Of a stretch of DNA of 64,000 nucleotides, positions 27,084-39,495 are shown piece by piece; the first letter of the stretch is position 1; each line of letters opens with the position of its first letter. A model generated the notes under the pieces. It did no database searches and was not told the DNA's origin. It saw only the letters and a list, made by a program, of their open reading frames with translations. This stretch comes from Octopus vulgaris (lineage: Eukaryota), in contig OX597827.1 in NCBI GenBank assembly GCA_951406725.2, positions 61,008,001 to 61,072,000 of the forward strand, written 5' to 3'. The translations under genes were made by a program, and so were the position numbers.

Positions 27084-27203
27084 CTTCTTTTTAATCATTT
27101 TGTTCGACTCTGAATCTTTTTCAACTTTCTCAACTTCCACCATAAAGTAGTCATCCATACACAGCATCCTGGGAGCTGGTCCACCATTATTAGTCTCTTT
27201 ATC
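27084..27203 (-). CDS. YLPM1: YLPM1 kinase-domain exon (DKETNNGGPAPRMLCMDDYFMVEVEKVEKDSESNKMIKKK)
   Basis: ttttcccccag|GATAAA ... AAGAAG|gtaagc; 120 nt, phase 0->0. Matches YLPM1 'DKE..GGPAPRVLSLDDYF'. Confidence 0.96.
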
Positions 27204-28305
27204 CTGGGGGAAAACACAACAGAATATAATCCATTACAAAGCTACATCAAGATAGGTGAATTCACCTCCGTACTAACACAATATCTCAGGTGGTTAAACC
27301 CCTATTGGTAATTAACTAAATGTATGTACTTATGTATAATTCACAATGCACTGTACATTGTTTTTAATTAATTTGTAATGAAAGGTTGATCTTTTTTTCC
27401 CCACAGCAGAACAAAATGGGATTGGTCTAGTCAGTTTCCAGTTTTGTTAGAACTTTGTAAAATAAAGAATATTTCTCTTCTATCCATAGAGGGACCAATA
27501 AATCATAACTATTCATAGTATATACAAGTACACTATGACTGAGTTAATAATTAACCAATGTTGTCAGCTCATGCACTGCCATGCAAATCAGACTGAACAG
27601 TTCAGTGGAGTCTTAATTTTTAGACACTAATAATAGCTATCAGATACTAATTTGTCAGCTGATAGAAAAATGTATATTCTTTCCCTGAGGGTCTAACAAT
27701 ATTTTTAACTGCCCATAGCATGGTAAAACTTGTTGTTTAACCAGTTTGTTTACTTTTCACAATGGTTAAGGGTTAGGCTCAGGATTATAAGGTGGTGGGT
27801 TCAATACCTGGAACACGTAGGGTGCTGTGTCCTTGAGCAAAACACTTCATTTCACATCTCTCCACTCTACTCAGCTCGGGAGTACCTGCCTAGTGCTGGG
27901 GCAACATTCTCTCCCTCCAACTGTTACATCCTGGGTCCTCTGTTGGATCAAGGGTAGGAGAGCCAAGTGGGTGTCTATGCATGCTCATGACTAAACAGGA
28001 ACTTCAAACAACTAGCAAAACCATGGTATTTGCTACCAAGTCATATTTAAACATGAGCATTACCACCACCTTACATTTCAAATTATACATGTATGCAAGA
28101 CCTCAACCAACCACTAATCCCTGTACTCATTGCAACACGCCTCTATCCCTAGCTGTCGCTTCAAGCAATATTTCCTGTTTTTCAAAAATCACAATTGGAA
28201 ATGCAAAAAAAAAAAAAAAAAAAAAAAACCCATCAGTTCACAGTACATTCAAATGCTCATAAGTGGTGATCACAAGTGTTCTGTTTGAATAAACCAAGTA
28301 CTTAC

Positions 28306-28528
28306 TCTGATTAACTTGCTAACGTAAGTTTTGCCTGAGCCTGGTAAGCCTCTAATTATCACCACCACTTGATGCGGGCGCTTGTCTCGTCCTGGCTTGC
28401 ACAACAGGTCATCAGCAGATACAACCTCAGCCTTCGTTTCTGGTTGCGAGGGAAGCTGGGATTTGGGGAATGCATCGCGTATGTGTGGGGGTTCTGTATT
28501 ATGATAACCCCTGTTTGGGCTGTTATAT
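28306..28528 (-). CDS. YLPM1: YLPM1 coding exon: start of P-loop kinase domain (Walker A GLPGSGKT)
   Basis: atcttctag|ATATAAC ... ATCAGA|gtaagt; 223 nt, phase 2->0. Encodes DDLLCKPGRDKRPHQVVVIIRGLPGSGKTYVSKLIR, which is diagnostic of YLPM1. Confidence 0.96.
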
Positions 28529-28744
28529 CTAGAAGATATAAAAGAAGGGGGGAAAAGAAAAAAAAACAAAAGTAATTTCAAATGCAAAAATTATAGCTGA
28601 AATAAGAAGTAGGGGATGCAAGAATAACATAGTAAAAACAATTGATAATAGCCATCAACAAATTTTCAAATTTTACAAAAATATCAAATTCCATAATAAC
28701 AATGAAGATTTCTAAGATAAGTGCTGGAATGGCTATATGATTAA

Positions 28745-28962
28745 CCCTTTTAGCATTCAGATTACTACCAACTGTAATACTTATTTAATCCCATCTTTTA
28801 AAATTAATCATGCATTATCTTATAGCTTTGAGATACTGATACGTTTGTTTATTTTTAGAATTACATTGAAGGGTAGGTGTAAGAGACTGGATCTGGCCAG
28901 TTTGAAAGTAAAACAGATAGAATCTTTAGGCTGGATACACAGCCGGTTTAAATGCTAAAGGG
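28745..28962. mobile_element. piggyBac-type MITE (other copies about 7631-7851, 6310-6520, 8375-8570, 5850-5980)
   Basis: TTAA|CCCTTT(T)AGCATT ... AATGCTAAAGGG|TTAA: TTAA TSD and CCC/GGG termini. The same body recurs several times in the window. Confidence 0.85.
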
Positions 28963-29539
28963 TTAAGAGAAATATGAGATCCCTTACTCAAAAAGACAGA
29001 TAAGGGTTAGTAACAGCAAGAGCACTAGGTTGCAAATACAATGTTGCAATAATATACTCATTTACAAAAATGCTAGCAAGGAAAACCATTGTAAACACAA
29101 AACAAATGAAGTCCTTGATATTACTATTTGAAAATAAGAAAAGATGGTCTGCTGGATGAAGAGTTACTTGGGGGCAATAATAGAAATAATCCTTTCTACT
29201 GTAGGCACAAGGCCTGAAATTTTAGTGGCAGGGGTTAGTTGATTACATTGATCCCCAGCACTCTACAGGTACTTCTTTCATCAAGACCAAGAAGATGAAA
29301 GACAAAGTCGACCTCAGTGGGATTTGAACTCAGAGCATAAAGCTGCTAAGCATCTTGTCTAGAACGCTAATGATTCAGCCAGCCCATCACCTTAACAAGA
29401 ACAGTTATGATTTTTTTTTTTTTTATATATAAACACAAAAACCAAGAATTATGTGTATACAATGAGACACCTTGTGAAACAGAGATTTAAAAAAAAAAAA
29501 AAAAAAGGCAAAAGAAAAGAAAATAAATCTAGAACCTAC

Positions 29540-29945
29540 CTTCCTCGGCAGTCCCGATCATACTTTCTATCATCATGCTTACGGTCAGCCCACTTATCTT
29601 CCTCATCCATGCGCTCCCGTCCTCTCAAATAGCTCTCCCTATCGCCTGGGCCATCACGGAACTTGTCTCGCTCCCTTAGTCGCTCTCTTTCTCGGCTATC
29701 ATGGGCGATTGGACGACCACGATCTCGGTCTCGACACTCTCGATCTCTGAGGTCGATGTCTCTGTCCCTGTTGCGCATCCTTTCCATATCCCGCATCATG
29801 TCTTCCTTATCGCAGTTGCGTGGCCTGTCACCATCGCGAAGCCAGTTCCCTTGGAAAGCGCTGTGCTCATTCTCGGGAAACATCCTTCCTCGGTCACCCC
29901 TCATATGGTCCGGAGGTAAGTTCTTGTTCCCTTGAAAATCCATGT
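29540..29945 (-). CDS. YLPM1: YLPM1 coding exon (RD/RE mixed-charge dipeptide region)
   Basis: catcattacag|ACATGGAT ... GGAAG|gtaggt; 406 nt, phase 1->2. Corresponds to ORF 29536..29970. Confidence 0.9.
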
Positions 29946-30619
29946 CTGTAATGATGAGAAAAAAATGCAAAAGATAAGAGAGAAATAGAGAACATCATCA
30001 TTTTGATGCCTAGTTTTCCATACTTGCATAGGATGAACAGAATTTGTTGAAGCAGATTTTCTATGGCAGTATACCCAGATGCCCTTCCTGTCACCAACTT
30101 CTGTTTCCAAGTTTGGTAAGATTTCCCAATGACCAGGTATGATTTTATAGAATACTGGGAATGAAGGACACCACTTGCATGGTGACAACGACACTCGTTT
30201 ACAACTATCACGCGATGTCAAAGCAAGGAGACAGCAGCACATACACAATGGGTTTCTTTCAGTTTCCATCTGCCAAATCCACTTAGCTTACAAAGCATTG
30301 GTCACCCCAAAGCTATACAAGAAACCACTTGTCCAAGGTGCCATGCAGCAGGACTAAATCTGAAACCACATGGTTAAGAAGCAAACTTACTACACAGTCA
30401 CAACTGTGCCTATATCTATTGGCCACACTGGTATCTATGGAAATGACAATATAATTTTAAAGACCAGCTGACCCACAGGATATATTGCATACAAGTTATA
30501 CACTTTTAATGGTTGATTGATACAGTTGGTAGAGCAGTGGACTAAGCCTTTTCTTTCCCATTTTGGCTTCAAATCCCAGACATTTGAAATCAATTATGCC
30601 TATTATTTTTCCAGATTTT

Positions 30620-30880
30620 ATCACCACTACTCTACTAATCATGTCTGTCGGGCATGTAGAAGAGAGTGTAATTCGGCAGGAGGACTTAAACGACATGCAA
30701 AGGTACATGAAGCCCAGTTACAACTACAGCCGGCTATTACCGGTAAAGGTTTTAGTTGCCAATTTTGTACAAGACATTGTGGATCTTTAGCTGGGCTAAA
30801 AAGTCACATTCGATCACAGCACCAATAACAGTTAAGCTTTGTGCAATGGCCATACTCGATAACGAAGGGGGAGCCATAAT
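30620..30880 (+). mobile_element. 5'-truncated RTE-type LINE 3' end encoding two C2H2-like fingers
   Basis: CRACRRECNSAGGLKRHAKVH ... CQFCTRHCGSLAGLKSHIRSQHQ*, a 'C..C.R.C.S..GL.SH.R' ORF terminus typical of RTE-clade LINEs. Followed by a short RTE-like tail (ggccatactcgataacgaagg). Confidence 0.7.
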
Positions 30881-31152
30881 ATATACACACACATACATAC
30901 ACACAATGGGTTTCTGTGCAGTTTCCATGTACCAAATTCACTCACAAGGCATTGGTTGGCCTGGGGATATAGATGACACGGGCTCAAGGTGCTGTGCAGT
31001 GGGACTAAACTCAAAAACTCACGTGGATGCAAATCCTGCTTATTAACCAGATATGTCTTTATTGTTTTTTTTTTAAGTGTACATACAAATAGAGCAAATT
31101 AGATATATATACACATACACACAACAGTTACAGTATAGCAATATAGCAATAC

Positions 31153-31236
31153 CTCGTGATGGATCTGGTCGTCCTAGATAGTTGGCATGCTTGTGACCAT
31201 AGTCAAAGACAGCTGGTGGTTTATTCCTAGCCAGAT
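31153..31236 (-). CDS. YLPM1: YLPM1 coding exon (DLARNKPPAVFDYGHKHANYLGRPDPSR)
   Basis: gttctacag|ATCTGGCT ... CACGAG|gtattg; 84 nt, phase 1->1; VFDYGH motif. Confidence 0.82.
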
Positions 31237-31627
31237 CTGTAGAACAAGAAACCAAGAATATAAGTAGTAGCAGGTGCAATTAAACAGAATTAAAACACCT
31301 CTGTTAATTTTTTTCATTGTTGCTTCTAAGGATCCTTTGAATTGTTTAACAGATTGTGAGTTAGATGGAATAAAATGATATAATTTTGGGGCATGTATAA
31401 GTCAGTATTTAGACTAAAAACCTTCATTTCTAAAGTATAGGTACTAATGGTTCCAAATGTTGGCACAAGGCCAGCAATTTTAGGAGGAGTTGGGGTGAGT
31501 TGATTATGCTAAACTCAGTACTTGATTGGTATTTATTCTATCAATCTCAAAAACATGAAAAGCAGAGTCAACCATCACAGAATTTGAACTCAGAATTTGC
31601 ATACATGTGTGTCACATATTATTTTAC

Positions 31628-31676
<49 letters not shown>

Positions 31677-32161
31677 CATATATATAAAAGAGAGGCTCCT
31701 TTCAATTTCCATCAACCAAATCCACTTACAAGGCTTTGGTTGGCCAAAGATGGAAATTTAAAAGAAAAAAAAAAATCTACAAAAATGAAGTTAACAGTCC
31801 AAAGAATTATAATCTCAACTCAATTCAGACATTTAAACCACATAAAATTTTTTTTTTAATCACTATACACTGATTAGCAAAAGTTCACTGTAATCAATGA
31901 CTCATAACTGTATTTTATACTCTCTCTGTGCTACTCCCAATACTTCAACAACAGACTACCTTTCTCAATCAACTTACTACATTTCAAGCCCAGCCAACAT
32001 ATTCACCACCATCATCCTCCTAAACCCCTGTCTCTCTCTCTCCATACAATTATGTGTCTGTTACCCTCAAAACTTTCCTTTATTATTCCTCACCAGAACT
32101 TCAGCCTTTCTAGAACTCCCCTTCTACTTATGCTATTTAGTCCCAAGTAGGTTCCCTATGG

Positions 32162-32410
32162 GGGAGGCGCGTGGCTTAGTGGTTAGGGTATCAGCATCAT
32201 GAGCGTAAGATTGTGGTTTCGATTCCTGGTCTGGGCGATGTGTTGTGTTCTTGAGCAAAACACTTCATTTCACGTTGCTCCAGTCCATTCAGCTGGCAAA
32301 AATGAGTAACGCTGTGATGGACTGGCATCCCATCCAGCTGGGGAACACATATGCCATAGAAACCGGGACCATGAGCCTGGCTAGGCTTTAAAAGGGTGCA
32401 TTTATTATTA
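32162..32410 (+). mobile_element. tRNA-derived SINE family C (others: 3925-4240 +, 17152-17410 +, 35200-35510 +, 36255-36530 +, 51030-51345 -, 53745-54065 -, 380-665 -)
   Basis: A box TGGCTTAGTGG, B box GTTTCGATTCC, shared core tgttcttgagcaa(a/g)acactt...gctccagtccactcagctg. The 3' parts are variable. Confidence 0.82.
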
Positions 32411-32556
32411 TTTAGGTTCCCTATGAAGAAAACTTTATGCACTAAGGCATTTCAGTAATGGATGTCTTTTTTTTTTCCTTTTTAAGGAGAAACAAGAATC
32501 AAAAGGAGCTATTGCTATAGCACTGCAGCAACAGTTTTCAGAACAAAGAACTACAT

Positions 32557-32791
32557 TAGTTGGTTCTCAACCCGAGTCCACATAAGGATTTGTTGTTAAA
32601 ATTTATGTGCAATAAATTGGTTATGCTTCTACAATATACAAAATATTAAAATTTTTTATACAGTTCCTAATAATGTTTAATTCTATAAATGCAAGAGAAT
32701 TTTTTTAATGTCGCATGGCTATGGGGGTCCTGAAGAGCAAAATTGGAACTGAAGGGGGTCCATAGGAAAAAAAAACAGTTGAGAACCACTG
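32557..32791. mobile_element. Degenerate hAT-type MITE (related copy at about 35815-36118)
   Basis: Ends tggttctcaac / gttgagaaccactg with degenerate TSD aactacat / gattacat. Shares an internal 'ggctatgggggtc' block with 35815-36118. Confidence 0.7.
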
Positions 32792-32858
32792 GATTACATG
32801 CAATGCTTGATGCAGTGGTTATAGATAGATTAGATGGTTATAGATAGATATGTGATCA

Positions 32859-33087
32859 AGGCGGCGAGCTGGCAGAATTGTTAGCACGCTGGGCGAAATG
32901 CTTTGCGGTATTTCGCCTGCCGCTACATTCTGAGTTCAAATTCCGCCAAGGTTGACTTTGCCTTTCATCCTTTCGGGGTCGATTAAATAAGTACCAGTTA
33001 CGCACTGCCGTTGATATAATCGACTTAATCCGTTTGTCCTTGTTTGTCCTCTCTGTGCTTAGCCCCTTGTGGGTAGTAAAGAAATAG
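32859..33087 (+). mobile_element. tRNA-derived SINE family B with Nin/Deu-like central domain (others: 5167-5398 +, 11205-11413 -, 40238-40470 +, 56207-56438 -; alternative tail: 41-259 -, 12574-12767 -, 29185-29394 -, 37428-37640 -)
   Basis: B box GAGTTCAAATTC followed by gcctttcatcctttcggggtcgat(t)aaataagtacc, resembling the Nin/Deu SINE domain. Many dispersed copies. Confidence 0.85.
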
Positions 33088-33239
33088 GTTAAAGATAGAT
33101 AGAAGGCTAAGGAAGATAAAAGTATGTATCATCATCTGTTTCAGAATTAAAAGATGCAAACACAAAAACACGATGATGATGATGATGAGCACATTAGGCA
33201 GAAATTTAGAAAGCAAAGAAGTATTTCCTTTCTCCTTAC

Positions 33240-33391
33240 CTGAATCAGGTTCAAACATTTCTCTGGCCGGTCGATGTGCATAATCAATCGTTTCTCCGTA
33301 TGGAGGAAGAAAGTCACCACGATGGAATCTCTCATTTGGATGCCTATTGCCCCTTTGTACATCAAATTCTTTGGGTGGGAAGTTCCGATCT
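33240..33391 (-). CDS. YLPM1: YLPM1 coding exon (..GETIDYAHRPAREMFEPDS)
   Basis: ttttattttgaag|AGATCGG ... GATTCAG|gtaagg; 152 nt, phase 2->1. Contains a TIDYxH motif of the DY-x-H type seen in YLPM1/ZAP3. Confidence 0.8.
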
Positions 33392-34619
33392 CTTCAAAAT
33401 AAAAATAAACAAACAATAACAATAAAAATTTTTTTTTTTTTTAATCATGAAAATTTCACTCGCATGAACACAATTGACAAAAAATATAGAGCAGAAAATG
33501 GGATACTGATGCCCCCACCACCCCTTAATGACATTTCTGTAAAGATAACTTGCAAATAGTTAATTACTAAGATGTTATTAGTGCATTTGTTAAGTGGTTC
33601 GTATTTTGAACCCATGATCATAAGGTCAAAAGGTGATTCCTGAATGTGTCCTTGAGCAAGGCACTTCATTCCATAATGCTCCAGTCTACTCAGCTGAAAT
33701 GAACAGCAGCCTGGTGCTGGTACAGCATTCTTTCACTGCTGTTGTCATGTTCTTGATGTTCCGCTGGTTAAAGAGCAAAAAGCTGAGAAAGGGTGCCTTT
33801 TGTCTGCTCATAACTACACAGACACATGAAACAATTAGCAAAATCAGGGTATATGATAACAAGTCATACTTGCTTGCAAGTGATGGCTATGTTGTTTTCG
33901 TTTTTGTCTTTTGCTTATCATCATGCTTGCATGGGTCAGACAGAGTTTATTGAAGTAGACTTTTCTATGGCCCTTCCTGTATCCAAGCAAGGTAAACATT
34001 TCTCCAAGAGCCAGATATGTTCATGCAGAATATTGGAAGTGAATGACAATCATTAACAACTGCCATGTGATGTGAAGATAAAGAGATACAAACACACATA
34101 CATATAGATGAGAAGCTTCTTTCAGTTTCCATCTACCATATCTACTCACAAGATCTTAGTTAGCCCAAGGCTATAGTAGAAGACACTTGCCCGAGGTGTC
34201 ATGCAGTGGGACTGAATCCACAACCATTTGATCGGGGAAAAACTTCTTACCTAACACACACACACACACACACACAAGTGTCTTGTTTATTAATTCTGCT
34301 TTCATAAATTTCTGCTTTGAAGGTAATTTTTCATGTTACAAGCTTCATAGATAGCAGATGGACTCATACAGTTACCAAGATGTATCCAAGAGATCAGAAA
34401 GAGTCATTTGAAGGGAGGATTTATTTAGTTAAGCGATTTGCACCAAAATGGAAAAGAAGGGGCTACAATCCAGGAAGACATAGAAGCACATTATAACCAG
34501 CAGTCTCTAACAACATCCTGTAGTCTATTTGATAAAAGTGATAATTTCAATTTTACATATATTTCACCACACCAATCAATTCATTACCAACAACCATTAT
34601 TTCTTTTCTTTTGAGCCAA

Positions 34620-35070
34620 CAATCAATTTCTTTATTAACCATAAGGTTGAGAAAAAGAGGGGACGATACGAGGACAGACAAAACAAACATTGGGGTCAGG
34701 GTATCGAATGAGATGAAACGTATGAATAAACAAACAATGAAAATATATACAATTAAATGAGAATGAGTGATTTACAAAAACATGAAGCGGAGGACGCGGT
34801 CGACCCTACAAACCACATACTAACACTGAAGACTTTGCTTTCTCCTTTTTATATTCTTGTTTAAACAGGTTCTTTCACTCACAACATACTTGCTATAGAC
34901 TTCCATCTTTTACGAAACACACTTTGCGACAGGCATTTCTTCTCCACCCTTATTTTCCGTTTCATGTGAAAAATGAAAAAGTCGATTAGCTCAAGACTGG
35001 AGCTGAACATGCCTGTTGCAATTCCTTTCACTCTCGTCTTCCATACTACCTCTTTCGCAACAGCAACTAC
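34620..35070 (-). mobile_element. 5'-truncated L1/Tx1-clade LINE: ORF2 C-terminus plus 3' UTR
   Basis: VVAVAKEVVWKTRVKG...VEKKCLSQSVFRKRW* fits the 'AK..IW..R ... F...W' ORF2 terminus, followed by a U-rich UTR ending taataaagaaat. A related UTR fragment lies at about 7385-7515 (+). Confidence 0.65.
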
Positions 35071-36995
35071 TGAGAGCATTGGAGTCGCTATAAGATTGTT
35101 TGAAATGCTAAGAATAACAGTTAAATAACCCTCAAAGAATACCTTACCATCTTTAATGAAGAACATGCTGCATAACATAGTCCTAAGTATAAGTGAAGGC
35201 AAATGGCTTATTTGCTAGTGTATTTGGCTTGCAATTGTAAGGTTGTGAGTTTGAGTCCCGGCAACATGTTGTGTCCTTGAGCAAGACACTTTATTTTATG
35301 TTGATCCAGTCCACTCAGATGGCAAAAATGAGTTGTACCTGTATTTCAAAGGGCCAACATAGTCATATTCAGTGTCCTGCTGAATCTCCCAGAGAACTAT
35401 GTTAAGGGTATACATGTCTATGGAGTACTCGGCCACTTGCACGTTAATTTCGTGAGCAGGCTGTTCTGTTAATCGGATCAACTGGAACCCTCGGTTTAAC
35501 TAACCAAGTACCAGTTATTGAATTATAACAGACTTGAAGCTAAAAAGCAACCATGTCAGTAGAAGTGAAACTAATGAAGTAATTGTCTTAATATCATTCC
35601 AATTGCTAACTATTGACTATGAAATAAGAGTAAACCGATGAGGTGGTAAACTGAATCCACTGTCAGTTTTAATTCCAACCACCTGATTCTTGATTGTCTT
35701 TAGTAAACTGTATTCTGTTACAAGCATTCATGTTTAGTTTCTAATCTAGGGATAACATCCTTCCCTCTCATCTCAGACACCCTCAGAAACATAAATGCAG
35801 TTCCTTGGTACTCTCAGTGGTTCCCAACTGGGGTCCATATAAGATTTTTGGGAGGTCTGCACAGCAAAATAGTAAATTGGGGATCCACAATAATCTTTTA
35901 AGGGACCCTGAAAAAATTTTGTTTTAGGTATATGTATTGGTATGTATTGCAAGAAACAGCTGGGTTTCTTTCTCTGACATTTTACATAGTTCAACCTAAA
36001 CAAGTTAGTGAAAATCAAAATAGGAATTTTGAAGAAGTATCTATAAAACTGTTTTTTTTAAATATCAAGTGGCTATGGGGGTCTACCAGAATAAAATAGT
36101 AATCAAAGGGGCCCACTGCTCTAATTGAACCATGAAACAGGAGTTAAAACATACATACACAAAGAAGTATAAACAGAATTTTATATATATATATCTTGCT
36201 CATTAGAGAAAAAGTAAAAAAGAAAATCTTCAATATCTAACTAATATAAAATATGAGGGCATGTGGCCTAGTAGTTAGGGTGTTGTACTCATAATCGTTA
36301 AGACCATGGGTTCAATCCCTGGACCAAGAAGTGATTGGTGTTCTTGAGCAACACACTTCATCTCACATTAATCTGTAATAACTTTGACATCTAATGTGTA
36401 GCACACTATGCACCTGTGCAGGTAATGTTAATTTGAGGGAGGGAGTGATTTTACATGCAGCACATGCATTTGATCACTACAAACAAATCATTTGTGAAGG
36501 TTGATCAGCAAGAAATTGCAGAACCCATCTTTCTTGGATTGTGACGCTACCATGACAACGATGATCAGAAACCAAATATCTTTTGTCTCTCACTGTTGCT
36601 CACAACATATCCAGACTAATGTGATTAAAGCTGGTTGTGATGCATACACACAATTCTGGATTTTGCAGGATTAAGAATATGAAAGATAAGCTTCACCTCA
36701 TTTAGATGCTAAGCGATCAAAAATTATATCCATTACATTTTTTTAAAACTGTTTCTAGTTCAGTCCTACAGCTCAGCACCTTGGCCAAGTGTCTTTTAAT
36801 ATAACTCCAGGTTGACCAATATTTTGTGAGTGAATTTGGTAGAGAGAAACTGAGAGGAAGCCCATCATATGTGCATTTGTGTTTGTCCTCCAGCACTACT
36901 TGACAACTGGTGCTGGTTTATGTCCCCTTAACTTAGTTCAGCAAAAGAGTCTGATAGAATAAATATCAGATTTTAGAATGATTGTTGCACTAGAT

Positions 36996-37311
36996 CAGGT
37001 ATGGGCAATCTTTTTTCAAGAATCAGTTCACATGAGATGTGGTTCATCAACATGCAGACCACATCGGCATTTCATCTTTACATTCTGAGTTCAAATTCTG
37101 CCTTTCATCCTTTCAGGGTCGATAAATTAAGTACCAGTTGCATACTGGGGTCGATCTAATCGACTGGCTCCCTCCCCACAAAATTTCGGGCCTTGTGCCT
37201 TAGAGTAGAAAAAAAAAAACATGCAGATCACATTACTAAAAAATTTCTAGGTAATCTTTCATTAGGTGTGCCATTCAGAAAGTCATGTGGGTCATAATTT
37301 GTTCAGGACTG
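36996..37311. mobile_element. Degenerate hAT-like element with a nested SINE (about 37065-37217)
   Basis: cag...ctg ends flanked by cactagat / tcctagat. The nested family-B SINE is flanked by a 16-bp TSD aacatgcaga(c/t)cacat (37049-37064, 37218-37233). Confidence 0.6.
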
Positions 37312-39103
37312 TCCTAGATGTTGTTATAAACTGTGGTGTACAGGTGTTTACCAAAACATATCCTTTGTTTGCAGCAAGTAGTGTAATACCAGCTGGATAT
37401 AGGGGTTCACTCGGGAGACCAAATGTATAATAATCCTTTCTATTATAGGCATAAGGCCTGAAATTTGAGGGAAGGGATAGTCAATTACATCAACCCCAGT
37501 ACTCAACTGGTACTTATTCTACTGACTCCAGAAGGATGAAAAGCAAAGTGGACCTCGGTGGAATTTGAACTCAGAATGTAAAGATGGACGAAATGCTGCC
37601 ATTTTGCCAGGCGTGCTAACGATTCTGCCGGCTTGCCACTTTCACCAAATGTATAATAATCAAAAGGTTGAAGACTGAGCAAGAAGGAAAATGAATAAGC
37701 TATTTTGTGAACCTTTTCTTGGCTACATGAAAAATAGTACTGGGGTCAATTTGTGCCTTTCAAAATAGTGCACTAGTATGACTGCAGTTCAATAACTGAA
37801 ACAAGTGAAAAATGGAAAAATAAAAGGGAATATTTTGCTGAGCTTTTGACAACTAGCATGGAGAAAAGAGGGGGGAAACAACTTGGTTGCTGAAGTATGA
37901 AGCAGTCCAGCCTATTAAGAATGCTTATCACAGAGCAATTTAATTCATTCTTTTGAAACCAACTTGGATAAGACCACCCCCGGCACTATGATACAGATGA
38001 AAAGTAATCTCTCTCTTTTACTATCTTTGCTTGTTTCAGTCATTTGACTGTGGCCATGCTGGAGCACCGCCTTTAGTTGAGCAAATCACCCCAGGACTTA
38101 TTCTTTGTAAGCCTAGTACTTATTCTATTGGTCTCTTTTGCCGAACTGCTATGTTACAGGGACGTGAACACACCAGCATCAGTTGTCAAGCGATGTTCAG
38201 GGGGGGTGGGACAAAGGTGTATTAGTTTAACACTCAGAAAAAAATGGAAAAGTCTTTGACAGTTCAAGCCTGTGCTCAGCAGAAAGGAATAAGGAAAGAA
38301 AAAGGAAGAGAGAAACAAAATATGTTTGGATTAATGGGTTCATATATTGAATTGACAAGAAGGATGGGGTTGAATGGAAGGGGAGACAACAGTAACCTGG
38401 TTGAACATAGTCTTAAATGTTTATTTTTATGTTTAGTTAAAAGTAAAACTATTTTACATTAATCTGAAGGGTTACCCAATACTTTCCGTAAAGTACATTC
38501 TTTTACCTGTTTCAGTCATTTGACAGTGGCCATGCTGGAGTACTACTTTAAAGGGATTTTTAGTTGAAGAAATCGACCCCAGGACTTATTCTACTGGTCT
38601 CTCAGTTACAGGGATGTAAACACACCAACACCGGTTGTCCAGTGGTGATGAGGGACAAACACAGGCACAAACGCACACAGATATATACGTATGTATTGTA
38701 GTTGTGGCCGATGCTAGTACCGTCTGACAGGCACCCGTGCCAGTGGCACATAAAAACCACCGCTTGAGCATTGGGCCTCATGGAAGCAGTGACAGATAAC
38801 CAAGACCTTTGGCGACATACTATGCTTGTGTAGACCTGTCGAGCCAAGTGAGACTGGAGTCGTGGCTGATGCCAGTGTCAGGTTTGTGGCACCCATGCTG
38901 GGGGCATGTAAAAACACCCACTACACTCTCAAATTGGTTGGCATTAGGAAAGGCATCTAGCCACAGAAACCTTGCAAAATCAGGATCAGAACCTGGTACA
39001 TCTCCCTGGCTTACCAGTTTTCAGTTAAACCATCCAACCTATGCCAACATGGAAAGCGGATGTTAAATGCTAATGATATCTATCTATCTATCTATATACA
39101 CAC

Positions 39104-39165
<62 letters not shown>

Positions 39166-39449
39166 GGATGGATGTGCACACACACATATATGCATGGATG
39201 TATGTATGGATGTATGTATGTATATACATACATACATACATACATAAAGAAGCCATGGCTTCTTTCAGTTTCTATCTACCAAATCCACGCACAAGGTTTT
39301 GGTCAGCCTAAGACTATAGTAAAAGATACTTGCCCAAAGTGCCATGCAGTGGGACTGAACCTGGAACCATGTGGTTGGGGAACACGCTTCTTACCACACA
39401 GCCACTCCTGCACCTATATACATATTTATATTTTTACATGAAGAATAGT

Positions 39450-39495
39450 GACAGCAACTTTGAAGTTTCAGGCAGCTAGCCTTCATCAGACAGTC
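39450..39495 (-). ncRNA. Degenerate minimal type I hammerhead ribozyme motif (Penelope-type)
   Basis: gactgt-CTGATGA-aggc(tagct)gcct-GAAA-ctt(ca)aag-TT-gctgtc: intact core, perfect 4-bp stem II, short stem III, stem I 5/6 paired, GUU triplet. Confidence 0.5.

Noticed and set aside
29663-29935. SR-rich ORF on the + strand
   Set aside because: Antisense shadow of the RD/RE-repeat exon.
30517-30828. Stand-alone C2H2 zinc-finger gene
   Set aside because: No canonical linkers, a non-coding-looking N-terminus and a LINE-like tail. Better explained as an RTE fragment.
32162-32240. tRNA genes (this and other A/B-box heads)
   Set aside because: The heads run directly into SINE bodies and lack a proper acceptor stem and terminator; they are tRNA-derived SINEs.
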